This document shows positions 11,078-21,848 of a stretch of DNA of 64,000 bases, piece by piece. The notes under the pieces were generated by a model that saw only the letters and a program-made list of their open reading frames with translations, did not search any database and was not told where the DNA came from. The DNA is taken from assembly GCA_946477855.1 (NCBI GenBank), contig CAMKZU010000008.1, forward strand, positions 3,102 to 67,101. Direction: 5' to 3'. Every line of letters starts with the position of its first letter. Position 1 is the first letter of the stretch. Source of the DNA: an uncultured Lactobacillus sp. (GTDB lineage: Bacteria > Bacillota > Bacilli > Lactobacillales > Lactobacillaceae). The translations under genes were made by a program, and so were the position numbers.

Positions 11078-11254
11078 TTACTGAACTCCAAAATTTTATC
11101 ATTGCAGTTTATTTTACCATTACTGAGTCCAAAAAGCAGGATCATCAAAAAATTGCAATCAAATTTTAGCAATATGACGATAAAACAACTAATGCAATTG
11201 ACATTCTTTTTGCAACAAAAAAGACCTTACCAAAACCTGATAAAGTCCTCAGTG

Positions 11255-11902
11255 TTATAAAGTAATCTGACCGCTTGCTAAAAGTTCATCACACTTTTCG
11301 GAATCAAATGCCTCTCCAACAGTAAATTCATTAGGAACTACCATAATTCCGCGCTTTTGCGGTGCATGAGCTAAACCCAATTCGCGAGCAGAACAAATCA
11401 TACCATAGGAATCCACATGACGGAGTTGACCTGGCCAAATCACTTGGCCATTAGGCATCAAAGTACCTGGCAAGGCAACAACCACTTTTTGTCCCTGCGC
11501 AATATTAGGTGCACCACAGACAATTTGATGTTCTTCACCATTTCCCACATCAACTTGTGTAACATGCAAATGATCAGAATCGGGATGTTTCTCACAACTT
11601 TTGACATAGCCATAAACAAGTGTTGGCTTGCCATAGGCAAGTTTATCAGTAAAACCAACTTCTGCCAGTTTTTCATTTAAAGCAGTTAAATCATCATTTG
11701 ACAGCTTAACTTGTCCATCTGGTAACTTATCGTAGTCAATTAGTTGATCAACGTTAAAAAAGTTATAACCGGTAACATTACCCTTTTTATCAGTAATGCG
11801 TGTAACATCACCTTTTTCGTCATATGCACTTTTACCCTTGTCTTGACCTAAAATTACAATCAAGGTATTAGGATAACTTCTTTTATTAATACTAGTAATC
11901 AT
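11255..11902 (-). CDS. YtpR-family tRNA-binding (OB-fold) protein
   Basis: HPDSDHL, QIVCGAPN, GMICSAREL as in the PheT B2 domain; trx-ytpR-murC context. Confidence 0.9.
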   Translation of the reverse strand: MITSINKRSYPNTLIVILGQDKGKSAYDEKGDVTRITDKKGNVTGYNFFNVDQLIDYDKLPDGQVKLSNDDLTALNEKLAEVGFTDKLAYGKPTLVYGYVKSCEKHPDSDHLHVTQVDVGNGEEHQIVCGAPNIAQGQKVVVALPGTLMPNGQVIWPGQLRHVDSYGMICSARELGLAHAPQKRGIMVVPNEFTVGEAFDSEKCDELLASGQITL

Positions 11903-11923
11903 GAATCAATAATCCTCTTTCAC

Positions 11924-12244
11924 TTAGTCAAGTGACCGTAAAAAGCTTTCAACCTCATCTTTAGTTTTACGATCCTTATTAACTAGTCTACCAATTTCTT
12001 GACCATCTTGGTAGACCACAAAGGAAGGAATACCCATGATATTCATTTCCTTAGCCAGGTCAACTGAGCCATCACGATCAATTTGATAAAATTTGCTATC
12101 GGAAAAATCTTTTTCGATTTCTGGCATGAACGGGTCTAAAAAACGACAGTCAGGGCACCAACCTGCTGAAAATTCCAAAACTACGCGACCATTTTTGGTA
12201 ATAGAGTCTAATTTATCTTTGTTTAATTCTTTTATTTGTTCCAT
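11924..12244 (-). CDS. Thioredoxin-family protein (YtpP-like)
   Basis: WCPDC active site; ATG at 12244 after GAGG. Confidence 0.9.
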   Translation of the reverse strand: MEQIKELNKDKLDSITKNGRVVLEFSAGWCPDCRFLDPFMPEIEKDFSDSKFYQIDRDGSVDLAKEMNIMGIPSFVVYQDGQEIGRLVNKDRKTKDEVESFLRSLD

Positions 12245-12279
12245 TTTGAAAAAACCTCTCATTCATCACTCTTACTTAA

Positions 12280-12939
12280 TTATTTTACCCCAAAATCTGC
12301 ATGCAGAGCATAAATTGGATTACCCTGAGCCGCAAATTTGTGTTCATATTCAGTTTCAATATTGGCACTGACTATTTCATCTTTTTCATGATGAAGATCG
12401 ACCGAGACAAAATCAAAGTGCATCCCAAAATTATTCATACTTTCAAGTGAATAGGCAAAAAGTCCAGCATTATCAGTTTTAAATTCTAATTGACCATTTT
12501 CTTGCAAGACGGTCTGATATTTTTGTAAAAAAGTCTTGTAAGTTAACCGCCTTTTTTCATGTCTAGTTTTAGGCCAAGGATCACTAAAGTTCAAATAAAT
12601 TTTACTTGCACTGTGACTATCAAAAAAAGAAGCGATATTAGCAGCATCCGCACATAAAATTTGTAAATTAGACAAATCTTTTGCTAATTTCGTCCGTAAA
12701 ATCATGCCAGCTGCTGTCATTTGCAATTCCAGAGCAACAAAATTCTTTTCAGGATGCTCTTCTGCCATTGTGGTAATAAATTTTCCTTTTCCAGGACCTA
12801 CTTCAATTTCTAGTGGTCTTGAAGTATCTGCAAACCGTTTTGACCAATCAATTCTTTGACTTGGATCTGGTCGATCAATCACACTTTCCGGATGATCTTG
12901 TACCAGCTTTACAGCCCACGGCTTGTTACGTAATCTCAT
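12280..12939 (-). CDS. trmB: tRNA (guanine-N7)-methyltransferase
   Basis: MRLRNKPWA, EVGPGKG, NFSDPWPKTRHEKRRL, FKTDN. Confidence 0.96.
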   Translation of the reverse strand: MRLRNKPWAVKLVQDHPESVIDRPDPSQRIDWSKRFADTSRPLEIEVGPGKGKFITTMAEEHPEKNFVALELQMTAAGMILRTKLAKDLSNLQILCADAANIASFFDSHSASKIYLNFSDPWPKTRHEKRRLTYKTFLQKYQTVLQENGQLEFKTDNAGLFAYSLESMNNFGMHFDFVSVDLHHEKDEIVSANIETEYEHKFAAQGNPIYALHADFGVK

Positions 12940-12947
12940 CTATTTTG

Positions 12948-14144
12948 CTACTTCCTTTTCTTTACTTTTGCAGGTAAGTATAACCTTAATACGCCCCAGC
13001 TGAAAACAACTAAACATCCCATTGCCACAAATAAGTGTAAATTAATTGGTAAAGTGATCAGCCAGGAAATACTGATTATAAGCCATTGAGCTAATAATAT
13101 TCCTGCTATTGCGGATACTAAATCTAATCCCCGATCGGTACGCTCAATTGGATAAACACGATACATGATATTGTTATCGAATTCATCAACCATTGGTATT
13201 AACTGGTAAATAGTTAAAAAGACTACTAAGCATGATAAACATAATGCCCAAACCCAATTTTGTACCAGCCAGGAAATTAAAACTGCAAAAGCAGTCATGC
13301 GCACTATTAAATTGATATTTTCGGGGTTTCTAAGCACTGAACGGCGATACAAAAATTTATGCGGATTTTCTGACGCTAAATTTTTAGGCAATAAAAAATC
13401 CAAATATTTCCGTCTTTTAATGTTGGTCTGTCTTTCTTTAACGTCTGTGAACATACTAAAAGCGTTGTAAACAACATTTTTGCGCTTTTCTTCTTGCCCC
13501 ACAGCATATTGCCAGTCAAAAAGAGCTGCATGCCGCGGCTTCAAAACTAAAATAAAAACAGCAGCAGCTAGCAAAATTGCGATTATGATCATGCTCTGTG
13601 GTTTAAACATTCCCCAACCCAGCAAAAGCAGGAAAAGGATATTTAAAATTAAGATGGAAATTTTACGGTTAAAGTATAAATTATATTCCATAACTTTAAG
13701 CTGCAGCACTTTGGCTAAAAACACAGCAAAAACAGCGAAAATATAATCTAACAGTCCAATCTTTGCCTTGATCGTGGCAAAAGGAAATATAATCCCTGCC
13801 ATTAAAACCAAGCAGATTGTAGGTACAATCAAGCTGTAAATTAACATTGGTTGCAAATATGATGCTAAGTTTTCATCTTCGGGCAGTAAAAATTGTAAAT
13901 CAGCTGGTTTTAGCAAAGTTACCAGTTTGCCTATTAATAGTGGCAGCCATAGCAAAATCCCAACTAGTGGACGGTAGTACCACAGACTTTCAGGCATGCT
14001 TTTCATTGCCTGTGCGTACCAGAACATGAGCGCTCCAAAAAGAAAAATCAGAGCCAAGATAAAGAAATCATTAAAAACCAAAACTAGATATTTTAAAGAT
14101 TGGCTTAAATTTTCCTGCAGCCTTCTTTTAGCCAAATCACGCAT
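12948..14144 (-). CDS. ecsB: ABC transporter permease EcsB
   Basis: Multi-pass hydrophobic protein, FSMFTDV motif, follows ecsA. Confidence 0.88.
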   Translation of the reverse strand: MRDLAKRRLQENLSQSLKYLVLVFNDFFILALIFLFGALMFWYAQAMKSMPESLWYYRPLVGILLWLPLLIGKLVTLLKPADLQFLLPEDENLASYLQPMLIYSLIVPTICLVLMAGIIFPFATIKAKIGLLDYIFAVFAVFLAKVLQLKVMEYNLYFNRKISILILNILFLLLLGWGMFKPQSMIIIAILLAAAVFILVLKPRHAALFDWQYAVGQEEKRKNVVYNAFSMFTDVKERQTNIKRRKYLDFLLPKNLASENPHKFLYRRSVLRNPENINLIVRMTAFAVLISWLVQNWVWALCLSCLVVFLTIYQLIPMVDEFDNNIMYRVYPIERTDRGLDLVSAIAGILLAQWLIISISWLITLPINLHLFVAMGCLVVFSWGVLRLYLPAKVKKRK

Positions 14145-14877
14145 TTTGTTGCTCCTGACTTAAAATCTGGTAAATTTGGTCAAATGAATCTGTTTCCTTT
14201 AAAGCATAGTGCATGCGAATTTCAGCCAAAGTGCCAGCAGCCGCAATTTTGCCATTGTTTAAGACCGCGTAGCGTGAAACTGCTTGAACACTGTTAGCTA
14301 AAATATGTGTTGACATTAACACCATTTTGCCTTGATCAGCAGCATTTTTGATCAATTCCACTAAATTGGCTACTGCTAAAGGATCTAGTCCAGTGAACGG
14401 CTCGTCTATTACAAGGAGTTCTGTATTTGCCAAAAAGGCACACACAATCATGACTTTTTGTTTCATACCCTTTGAAAAATGAATCGGCAACCAATCCAGT
14501 TTATCATCCAGCCTAAACATCTGCAGCAACTCATGAGCTTTTGCCCAAGCCTGCTTTTCATCTAACTGATAGCTGAGAATAGTTAATTGCAGATGTTCCT
14601 TCAAAGTCAGTTCTGAATACAAAACCGGTGTTTCGGGAATATATGCGACTTGTCTTTTAAATTTAGTTGGTTGAGCAGCTAAATCAATGCCATTGAGAGT
14701 AATTTTCCCTTTTTGTGGTCGTAATAACCCCAAGATATGTTTAATTGTTGTCGATTTGCCAGCACCATTTAGTCCAATAACTCCTAAAACTTCCCCTGGT
14801 TTAATTTCCAAGTTAATATCTTTAATGACCGGCACACCAATGTATCCACCAGTCAAATGTTCAATTTTTAAAGTCAT
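14137..14877 (-). CDS. ecsA: ABC transporter ATP-binding protein EcsA
   Basis: GLNGAGKST, FSKGMKQKV, IDEPF; ATG at 14877. Confidence 0.92.
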   Translation of the reverse strand: MTLKIEHLTGGYIGVPVIKDINLEIKPGEVLGVIGLNGAGKSTTIKHILGLLRPQKGKITLNGIDLAAQPTKFKRQVAYIPETPVLYSELTLKEHLQLTILSYQLDEKQAWAKAHELLQMFRLDDKLDWLPIHFSKGMKQKVMIVCAFLANTELLVIDEPFTGLDPLAVANLVELIKNAADQGKMVLMSTHILANSVQAVSRYAVLNNGKIAAAGTLAEIRMHYALKETDSFDQIYQILSQEQQNA

Positions 14878-14967
14878 AATTCCTATCTTTCTTTTAATGA
14901 ATTTACTCATTTAATATGATAGCATGATATTAAAAGAAACTAAATTTTGAAATGAAGAGGTTTTAAA

Positions 14968-15399
14968 ATGGAAGAATTAGATAAAGATTGCTTATTTTGT
15001 AAAATTATCACAGGTGAAGCCAACAGCTACACAGTTTTCGAGAATGATGACGTCAAAGCCTTCTTAGACTTATCTCAAGTTAATCCCGGCCATACTCTGA
15101 TGGTTCCTAAAAAACACATCACTAACTTTTTTGATTATACGCCTGAAGATGCTCAAAGATACTTGCAGTATATTCCAACAATTGCCAATGCAATTAAAAA
15201 GTTTGACCCAAGAATTACTGGTATGAACATTAGTAGCAATAATGGCGCTAGTGCTAGCCAAGTAGTAATGCATTCACACATTCACTTTATACCACGCTTT
15301 GAAGGAGACGGTTTAAAGATTGCAACGCGCAATAATGCTGAAAAATATACTGAGGAAGATTACCAAAAAGTTGCAGCTGCAATTAGAGCCGAGTTCTAA
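14968..15399 (+). CDS. HIT-family nucleotide hydrolase
   Basis: DCLFCKI N-terminus, HSHIH histidine triad. Confidence 0.93.
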   Translation: MEELDKDCLFCKIITGEANSYTVFENDDVKAFLDLSQVNPGHTLMVPKKHITNFFDYTPEDAQRYLQYIPTIANAIKKFDPRITGMNISSNNGASASQVVMHSHIHFIPRFEGDGLKIATRNNAEKYTEEDYQKVAAAIRAEF

Positions 15400-15405
15400 G
15401 GTGAC

Positions 15406-15750
15406 ATGATGAAACATTTTAGTTTAGGTTTAGCAGTGGGAGCGGGTTTTGGCGTTGTTCTTTCACTATTTAAAGACCAAAATGGTAATCGTTTATTCCC
15501 ATCGGTGCAAAAACCAATTAATTCAGTCAAAGAAGACATTAATGATCTTGCCATATCTAACAAAAAATTAAAGACTGCCAAGCAGGAGTTAAAAGAATCT
15601 TTGCCAGAAGCAAAAAGAGCTATTTCTGAATTACAAAATGAGGTGGAATATTATCAAATAGGCATTAATCGAGTTATTGCCAGACTAAAAGGCAAAGCTT
15701 CAGCAATTAATCGTAATATTGAAAATGAAGCTGATAATTCTAAAAATTAG
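15406..15750 (+). CDS. Membrane-anchored coiled-coil protein (YtxH-like)
   Basis: N-terminal Gly-rich hydrophobic helix then coiled coil; between HIT and prsA. Confidence 0.6.
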   Translation: MMKHFSLGLAVGAGFGVVLSLFKDQNGNRLFPSVQKPINSVKEDINDLAISNKKLKTAKQELKESLPEAKRAISELQNEVEYYQIGINRVIARLKGKASAINRNIENEADNSKN

Positions 15751-15863
15751 TAAAGAAACTGGCAATTTTAGCAAAAAACTTAAAAATAAAAACTAGATTT
15801 GCCAGTTTATGTTATATTAGTTGTCGGTGACTTAATTTATTAAGGATGTGGAGAATTTATTCT

Positions 15864-16763
15864 ATGAAAAAATATATCAGAAAAGCAGCAGCTGTGATTG
15901 CCGTAGCAAGTATGGCCTTATCAACAGCGGCCTGTTCCAATGGCGGTAAAACCGTTGCTTCTTATAAAGGCGGCAAGATTACTCAGCAAGAATACTATGA
16001 CGAAATGAAAAAGTCCCAGTCTGGTAAAACCGCCCTGGCAAACATGATTATCAATCGTGTTTTAGAGCAACAATATGGCAACAAGGTTTCAAAGAAGCAA
16101 GTTGATAAACAATACAATAATTACAAAAAGCAATACGGTAGTCAATTTGATGCCGTTTTGCAACAAAATGGCATGACTGCTTCAAGTTTCAAGCAAAACT
16201 TGAAAACAAACCTGCTTACTGAAGCTGCTTTAAAGGACATTAAGAAGATCTCAAAGAGTCAAGAAGATAAAGTTTGGAAAGATTATCAACCAAAGGTTAA
16301 AGTACAACATATTTTAGTTTCCAAAAAATCTAAAGCAGAAGAAATTACTAATGAGCTAAAAAATGGTAAAAGTTTTAAGAGTTTAGTGAAAAAGTATTCT
16401 TTAGATACAGGAACTAAAAACAATGAAGGAAAGTTGCCTGCTTTTGATTCTACTGATTCCAGTTTAGACCCTGCGTTTAAGAAAGCTGCTTTTAAATTAA
16501 AGACTGGAGAAACAACAAAGAGCCCAGTTAAATCTCAATCAGGTTATCACGTAATCAGAATGATTAAGCATCCTGCTAAAGGAACTTTTGCTTCACACAA
16601 AAAAGAGATTGATGACCAGATCTATCAGACGATGTCACAAGACCAACAAACTATGCATGATGTTCTAGCCAAAGTTATTAAAAAGGCTGGAGTTGACATA
16701 AAAGATAAAGATCTAAAAGATGTCTTAGCTTCTTATGTTTCTACATCTACTGATAAAAAATAA
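15864..16763 (+). CDS. prsA: Foldase lipoprotein PrsA (parvulin PPIase)
   Basis: Lipobox TAAC, VQHILV, GYHVI parvulin motifs; ATG at 15864 after GGAG. Confidence 0.93.
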   Translation: MKKYIRKAAAVIAVASMALSTAACSNGGKTVASYKGGKITQQEYYDEMKKSQSGKTALANMIINRVLEQQYGNKVSKKQVDKQYNNYKKQYGSQFDAVLQQNGMTASSFKQNLKTNLLTEAALKDIKKISKSQEDKVWKDYQPKVKVQHILVSKKSKAEEITNELKNGKSFKSLVKKYSLDTGTKNNEGKLPAFDSTDSSLDPAFKKAAFKLKTGETTKSPVKSQSGYHVIRMIKHPAKGTFASHKKEIDDQIYQTMSQDQQTMHDVLAKVIKKAGVDIKDKDLKDVLASYVSTSTDKK

Positions 16764-16780
16764 TTATATTAAAGTATATT

Positions 16781-16812
16781 AAAAGAGTTCAAGCATGCTT
16801 GAACTCTTTTTT
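16781..16812. terminator. Bidirectional terminator between prsA and yhaM
   Basis: AAAAGAGTTCAAGC-at-GCTTGAACTCTTTT. Confidence 0.8.
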
Positions 16813-17789
16813 TACTCTAATTTATGAGCCTTTCCTAGTGATTCATCTGTTTTGGGTCTATAAAATTTACGACCACCTTGACTCATTATATTATCGGTAA
16901 AGTTACCAGGACGAGTGTGCTGTAAGGCATTGGTGATAGCATAAACAGATGCGTCCAAATCATCTATGCGGTGCAATAACTCGGCTTCAAGTAAAGCAGG
17001 TAACTTAGGTGAGCCATATTCAAATTTACCATGATGAGATAAAACCATATGCCGTAGGAGCAACAAGTCCTCAGATTCTAAATCAATTTTAAGCTGTTGA
17101 GCCGCGAGCATGATTTGTTCATCAATTAAAACCAAATGTCCAATCAGGTTACCTTCAGTTGTATATTGAGTCGCAGCCGGACCGGTTAATTCGAGTACTT
17201 TGCCCATATCATGGAGAATACAGCCGGCATATAACAAAGAACGGTTAATTTGCGAATAATTATCAGCTAAACCTTTTGCATCACGCAGCATCGATACAGT
17301 ATGGTAGGCTAATCCACCACGCACTGCATGGTGGTTACTCTTTCCCGCTGGAAATTCAAAAAAACGTTTATCCCATTTTTTTAATAAGAATCGTACGATC
17401 CTGTTCCAAGTAGGATTCAGTATCTCAAAGACATATTGGTTTATTTCTTCTTTCATATCAGCTATTTTTTCAGGAGCTGATTTGATAAATTGCCTAAGAT
17501 CATACCCTTCTTCGGGGCCCACAACACGCAAACTATAAATCTTTATTTGTGGTTGTCCCTGATATTCTTCGCGCTTGCCATCAAGCTCAACAATAGTCCC
17601 TGCATTAAATGTTGCAGCATCTTGATCATTTGCATCCCAAAAATTGCCGCGAATCTCACCAGATGAGTCACTAAATGACATTGCTAAATATAGTTTGCCT
17701 TTTTTTGTATGTCTTAATTGAGAATTCTTAATTAGCACAACCAACTCTAGTTCTTCGCCATCATTATAATCCAGCAAACGTTTATACAT
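16812..17789 (-). CDS. yhaM: 3'-5' exoribonuclease YhaM (OB + HD domain)
   Basis: HHAVRGGLAYHT, LHDMGK, SHHGKFEYGSP. Confidence 0.93.
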   Translation of the reverse strand: MYKRLLDYNDGEELELVVLIKNSQLRHTKKGKLYLAMSFSDSSGEIRGNFWDANDQDAATFNAGTIVELDGKREEYQGQPQIKIYSLRVVGPEEGYDLRQFIKSAPEKIADMKEEINQYVFEILNPTWNRIVRFLLKKWDKRFFEFPAGKSNHHAVRGGLAYHTVSMLRDAKGLADNYSQINRSLLYAGCILHDMGKVLELTGPAATQYTTEGNLIGHLVLIDEQIMLAAQQLKIDLESEDLLLLRHMVLSHHGKFEYGSPKLPALLEAELLHRIDDLDASVYAITNALQHTRPGNFTDNIMSQGGRKFYRPKTDESLGKAHKLE

Positions 17790-20283
17790 TTTTAGTTCCT
17801 CTCTTAAAAGTTAGCGGTTGTATTCGCAATTTATCAACAAGACTTGTTTGCGCAGTAAAAATTAATACCTGATTGTCTCTAGCAATTGCTTGAAGCAGCT
17901 TTTCAATTTCATCAACTCTTTGATCATCAAAATTAACAAAAGAGTCGTCTATTAAAATAGGTAAATTTATTTCATCTCGTATTTGTTGAATAAAAGCCAG
18001 TTTTAACGCAAAGTATAATTGTTCAGAAGTTCCTCGTGAAAGATATTGCACTTCTATTTTTTTACCATCAAAACGAGTAACCGTTATTTTTTTATCAATT
18101 TCAATATTATTATACCGGTTATCCGTTAATAGTCGCAAATATTCTTTAGTAGTAACCAGCATTTTGGGAAAGCGTTCATTCGAAGCTAAATCAAGAGCAC
18201 GACTAATCCATTTGGCGGTAAATAGGTCAGCCAAATATTCAACGCTCAAATTTTTCAATCTTGCCTTTAAGTTAGCCAGCTTTTGCTTTTCCACGAAAAC
18301 AGCTGTTGAGTTTGCCAAGTTTTCCATTTTGACTTTTATTTCAGCTGCTTTTCCTTGTAAGTGATTAATATTTTCATGAACTGCAGAAATTTTTGACCTT
18401 AAATTTGCAAGTTCAGTTTGATTTTCCGTTTTATTTTTAGCATAACTTTTTAATTCAATCAAATCATTTTGCAAATTTGTCTTAAGAGCATCGATCTGGT
18501 TTTGTATTTCATCCTGCTTTAGCTTTTGTTTTTGTATTTGCTCATATTCAGCTAAACTATTAACTTGAGCCTTTGCCAGAATCATTTTTAGCTTAGTTTC
18601 ATTTTCAGCTAGTTCATCTTTATTTTCAGCCAAACTGTTTTCCAAGCTAGTTTGCTTTTCTCGACGTAAACGTTCTAAATTTATTTTCTTGGTCAGTTGA
18701 TCCAGTCCATTCAAAATATCTGCAAAAGTATTTACAGTTTGCTTCAGTTCATGTCCTAATTGAACTGCTATCGGCTTGACTAATCCTATTAATTCAGTTT
18801 TTCGCTGATCATTTCTTTTCAGATTTTGAATTAATACTTGATATTGTCGCCATTCATTAATTAAATTATTTATATCTAATTTGATGGGCTTAATTCCATA
18901 GCGTTTTTCAAAGGTTTGTCTTTGTTGCCTTATTTTTTCATTTTGCTCTGTGGCAATTTTTACTGCTTTTTGCGTTTGCTTTTGCTGGTAAGAACCAAAT
19001 ACTACTAGAGCCAATCCCATACCAACAGCTAAAAAACCAAAAGCTCGTGCAATAAACAATAAAATTAAACCTACTACAAAAATAACGCCACCAAATAAAA
19101 GATACTGCTTAGAATTACCATTCTTACTCTGCCCAATCTTCAATTCCTTTTGGGGTAGTTTTTGATAGTCTTCTTGCAGTTTAATAATTTCTTCTTGCTC
19201 CATTCCCACAATCTTATTCAGATTGGGATCGAGTGCAATAAGTTGATTTTGCTCATCTTTAATTTGTTCATCTTTTTGCAAGCAGTTACGATATTCTGAT
19301 TGCCATTGCAATATTTCCGGCTTTTTTTGAATAAGCTTTGAAACTGCTGTATTTTCTTCAGGATCATCAGAATATTCATTTAACTTTGCTATGATTTTTT
19401 GTTGTTTTTTATGCAAAGATTCAGCCTGCATTGTTAAAGTTTGTGCAGACTGAAACTGCTCTGAATCAAAGTTGATTGTTTTAACTTGATTTTGTAAATC
19501 TTGTAATTTTTCGTAGCTGGGAACAAGTTTTTGAATCTTTTCTAACTTGTCATACTCTTTTTGTAATTCAAGTTCTTTTTGCTCTTCTTGATGTTGCAAA
19601 ACTTTTTGTTTTTTAAAATTGTCATTAAGTTCTTGGTAAACAGAAAATTCATTTTCAGAGTTACTAACTTTACTTTCTTCAGCTTTAACTTCCAGCAGCA
19701 ATTGGTTAATAAGCGGCTTTCTACCAGTCTTTTTGAACAAGGCGTCAGCACTTTTAGCAAAATCATCACGTAAAGTTATCAGACTGTCGCTATTAGATGC
19801 ACCCAAATAATAGATGCGTTCCAGTAAATCTTTCTGTTTGATTTGATCAACTTTTGCCAGCATATCCTGATTAAAAATAAAACTGTCAGTGTAAAAATTA
19901 CCATCAATATTTTTTATTTGATCGAAAAAAACGCTTTCTGGTACTACTTGATTATCGCATTTAACAGTCAGTGTACCGGTTTTTGACCCTTTACCATGCG
20001 CGTAAAGTCTTTCTAATTGATAATGCTGACCATTTTCATTTTCAAAAAATAAAGACCCACCCATTGGACTAACTTGTGCTAAAGGCTTGTAGTCCTCAAA
20101 AAAATCTGAACTATGGTTAGCAAGGTGGAAGCCAAATAAAATCTGTTTTATAAAGGCAACGACGGTACTCTTTCCTGCTTCATTAGCCCCGTAAAAAACA
20201 TCAATGTTTGAATTTGATAAATCAAAAGTAAAGTTTGAAAATTGACCAAAATTAACTATTTGAATTCTAATTAATTTCACCAT
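17782..20283 (-). CDS. YhaN-like SMC/AAA ATPase with long coiled coil
   Basis: GANEAGKST Walker A, LSRGT signature, LIDDSFVNFD Walker B, central TM pair. Confidence 0.88.
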   Translation of the reverse strand: MVKLIRIQIVNFGQFSNFTFDLSNSNIDVFYGANEAGKSTVVAFIKQILFGFHLANHSSDFFEDYKPLAQVSPMGGSLFFENENGQHYQLERLYAHGKGSKTGTLTVKCDNQVVPESVFFDQIKNIDGNFYTDSFIFNQDMLAKVDQIKQKDLLERIYYLGASNSDSLITLRDDFAKSADALFKKTGRKPLINQLLLEVKAEESKVSNSENEFSVYQELNDNFKKQKVLQHQEEQKELELQKEYDKLEKIQKLVPSYEKLQDLQNQVKTINFDSEQFQSAQTLTMQAESLHKKQQKIIAKLNEYSDDPEENTAVSKLIQKKPEILQWQSEYRNCLQKDEQIKDEQNQLIALDPNLNKIVGMEQEEIIKLQEDYQKLPQKELKIGQSKNGNSKQYLLFGGVIFVVGLILLFIARAFGFLAVGMGLALVVFGSYQQKQTQKAVKIATEQNEKIRQQRQTFEKRYGIKPIKLDINNLINEWRQYQVLIQNLKRNDQRKTELIGLVKPIAVQLGHELKQTVNTFADILNGLDQLTKKINLERLRREKQTSLENSLAENKDELAENETKLKMILAKAQVNSLAEYEQIQKQKLKQDEIQNQIDALKTNLQNDLIELKSYAKNKTENQTELANLRSKISAVHENINHLQGKAAEIKVKMENLANSTAVFVEKQKLANLKARLKNLSVEYLADLFTAKWISRALDLASNERFPKMLVTTKEYLRLLTDNRYNNIEIDKKITVTRFDGKKIEVQYLSRGTSEQLYFALKLAFIQQIRDEINLPILIDDSFVNFDDQRVDEIEKLLQAIARDNQVLIFTAQTSLVDKLRIQPLTFKRGTKNV

Positions 20284-21478
20284 TAACTCCTTTCAATTTA
20301 CTATTCAATTTGACTTCAGCAAGTTGTTTTACTTCTTGAGCGAATTCAGGGTCTTGGGCTAAAGTATCAGTATAATCAGATTTTAAAGCCCAACTTTTAC
20401 TGATTTGAGCAAATTGATCAGAACTAAAAACTTCTTTTTCAGCTTGTTTAAAGTATTTTTGATCATTAAAGGCAATTTCTAAATTATTCCCATTAATAAA
20501 CCTCACATCTACCAATTGTGAATCGTGAGTCAGTTTTCTGGAAATCATTTGCCAAAAATCACTGTCTTGAACCAATTCTTTTTCTTTTTCATTCAAAAAA
20601 TCAGCACCCTTAATTTGCAGACAAAAATAAGTAGTTGATATTGCGGACAAACAATTAATAACCATATTATCCAGTTCTGTTTTTGTCATTGGCTTTGTTA
20701 ATTCAATTTCTTTTTTACTCCATGTAATAGAACTAGTCTGCACAAAATGAATCTTGGTTTGTTTTGTTTGCTCGTCAATAGTTCCTAAATAGCAACCCTT
20801 GGGACCGGTTTCATTAATGTGACGTCCTTGAATGTTTCCTGGGTAGACGATTAATGGAGTTTCGGACAAGACTTGTCTTAAATGAATATGACCCAATGCA
20901 AAATAATTGTAATTGAGATTTTGTAACTCACTCAAACTAAAAGGAGCATAAACATTTTGTGCACTTGTACCAGCTCTTTCCTGTGCGTGCATGATCCCAA
21001 AGGTATAACGATTGCTTTTAGCAGGAAACTGCGCTGCCATGTCTTCATTAATATGATTGGCTAAATATGAAAAACCGGTCACGTCATACTCAAAACCGTT
21101 TTTTGTTTTATAAGAGACAGTTTCTACTTTTTCACCATTACCCAATAATTTGAAATAGGGACTTTCAGCGACCAGCAAGTCTTCTTTTGCCATATGATCA
21201 TGATTACCAAAAATCATAATTACCTGAATCTGCGCATTGACTAGTCGCTCAATTTCATGGGCAAAAAAAATTTGTGCACTGGGAGTTGGCTTGAAACTAT
21301 CAAAAGTATCCCCAGCAATTAATACTAAATCTACCTTTTCTTTCAGAGCCAGATCAACAATTTTAGTTAAAGATTGCATTGGAGCATTTTGAATCTGTTT
21401 AAAACTCTCAGATGGTAAAAAAGATAGCCCCAAAAATGGACTATCTAAATGTGCGTCAGCAAAATGGATAAATTTCAT
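20267..21478 (-). CDS. YhaO-like metallophosphoesterase (SbcD/Mre11-type nuclease)
   Basis: DAHLD, AGDTFD, GNHD, ALGHIH, YPGNIQGR. Confidence 0.9.
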   Translation of the reverse strand: MKFIHFADAHLDSPFLGLSFLPSESFKQIQNAPMQSLTKIVDLALKEKVDLVLIAGDTFDSFKPTPSAQIFFAHEIERLVNAQIQVIMIFGNHDHMAKEDLLVAESPYFKLLGNGEKVETVSYKTKNGFEYDVTGFSYLANHINEDMAAQFPAKSNRYTFGIMHAQERAGTSAQNVYAPFSLSELQNLNYNYFALGHIHLRQVLSETPLIVYPGNIQGRHINETGPKGCYLGTIDEQTKQTKIHFVQTSSITWSKKEIELTKPMTKTELDNMVINCLSAISTTYFCLQIKGADFLNEKEKELVQDSDFWQMISRKLTHDSQLVDVRFINGNNLEIAFNDQKYFKQAEKEVFSSDQFAQISKSWALKSDYTDTLAQDPEFAQEVKQLAEVKLNSKLKGVNGEIN

Positions 21479-21480
21479 TA

Positions 21481-21834
21481 TTATTTATTCCTAAGACCGT
21501 CATAAAGGTCATTAATTGGCTTAGCAATTGCTTTTTGAACATCATCAATAGTTTTATACATACTTTGTTCAGCCTGCAAGAGCTTTAATATTTGGGCATC
21601 TTTTTGCACCTTTTCATTTAATTTTTTATAATCCTCTTCTAAGTCCTTAGGAAAATCTCTTCCTTCAGACTGTGAATTAATAATCTTTGCCTGCATCTTA
21701 TCCATCTGTTTGAACAAAGCTGTACTTTCTTCATTGTTTTTAACCGCAGCAATAGCTTCACTTAAAGCCTTAAATTCGTCAAGCTTTTGCAGATCAGTTG
21801 CTACTTGATTTGCTGAATCATAAATATTAATCAT
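21481..21834 (-). CDS. YlbF/YheA-family protein
   Basis: NIYDSAN N-terminus, size and synteny. Confidence 0.85.
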   Translation of the reverse strand: MINIYDSANQVATDLQKLDEFKALSEAIAAVKNNEESTALFKQMDKMQAKIINSQSEGRDFPKDLEEDYKKLNEKVQKDAQILKLLQAEQSMYKTIDDVQKAIAKPINDLYDGLRNK

Positions 21835-21848
21835 CTTTTTCCTCCTAA

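Noticed and set aside
16812-21478. yhaO-yhaN-yhaM as a novel SMC/nuclease defence system
   Set aside because: Widely conserved Firmicute operon in its usual chromosomal context
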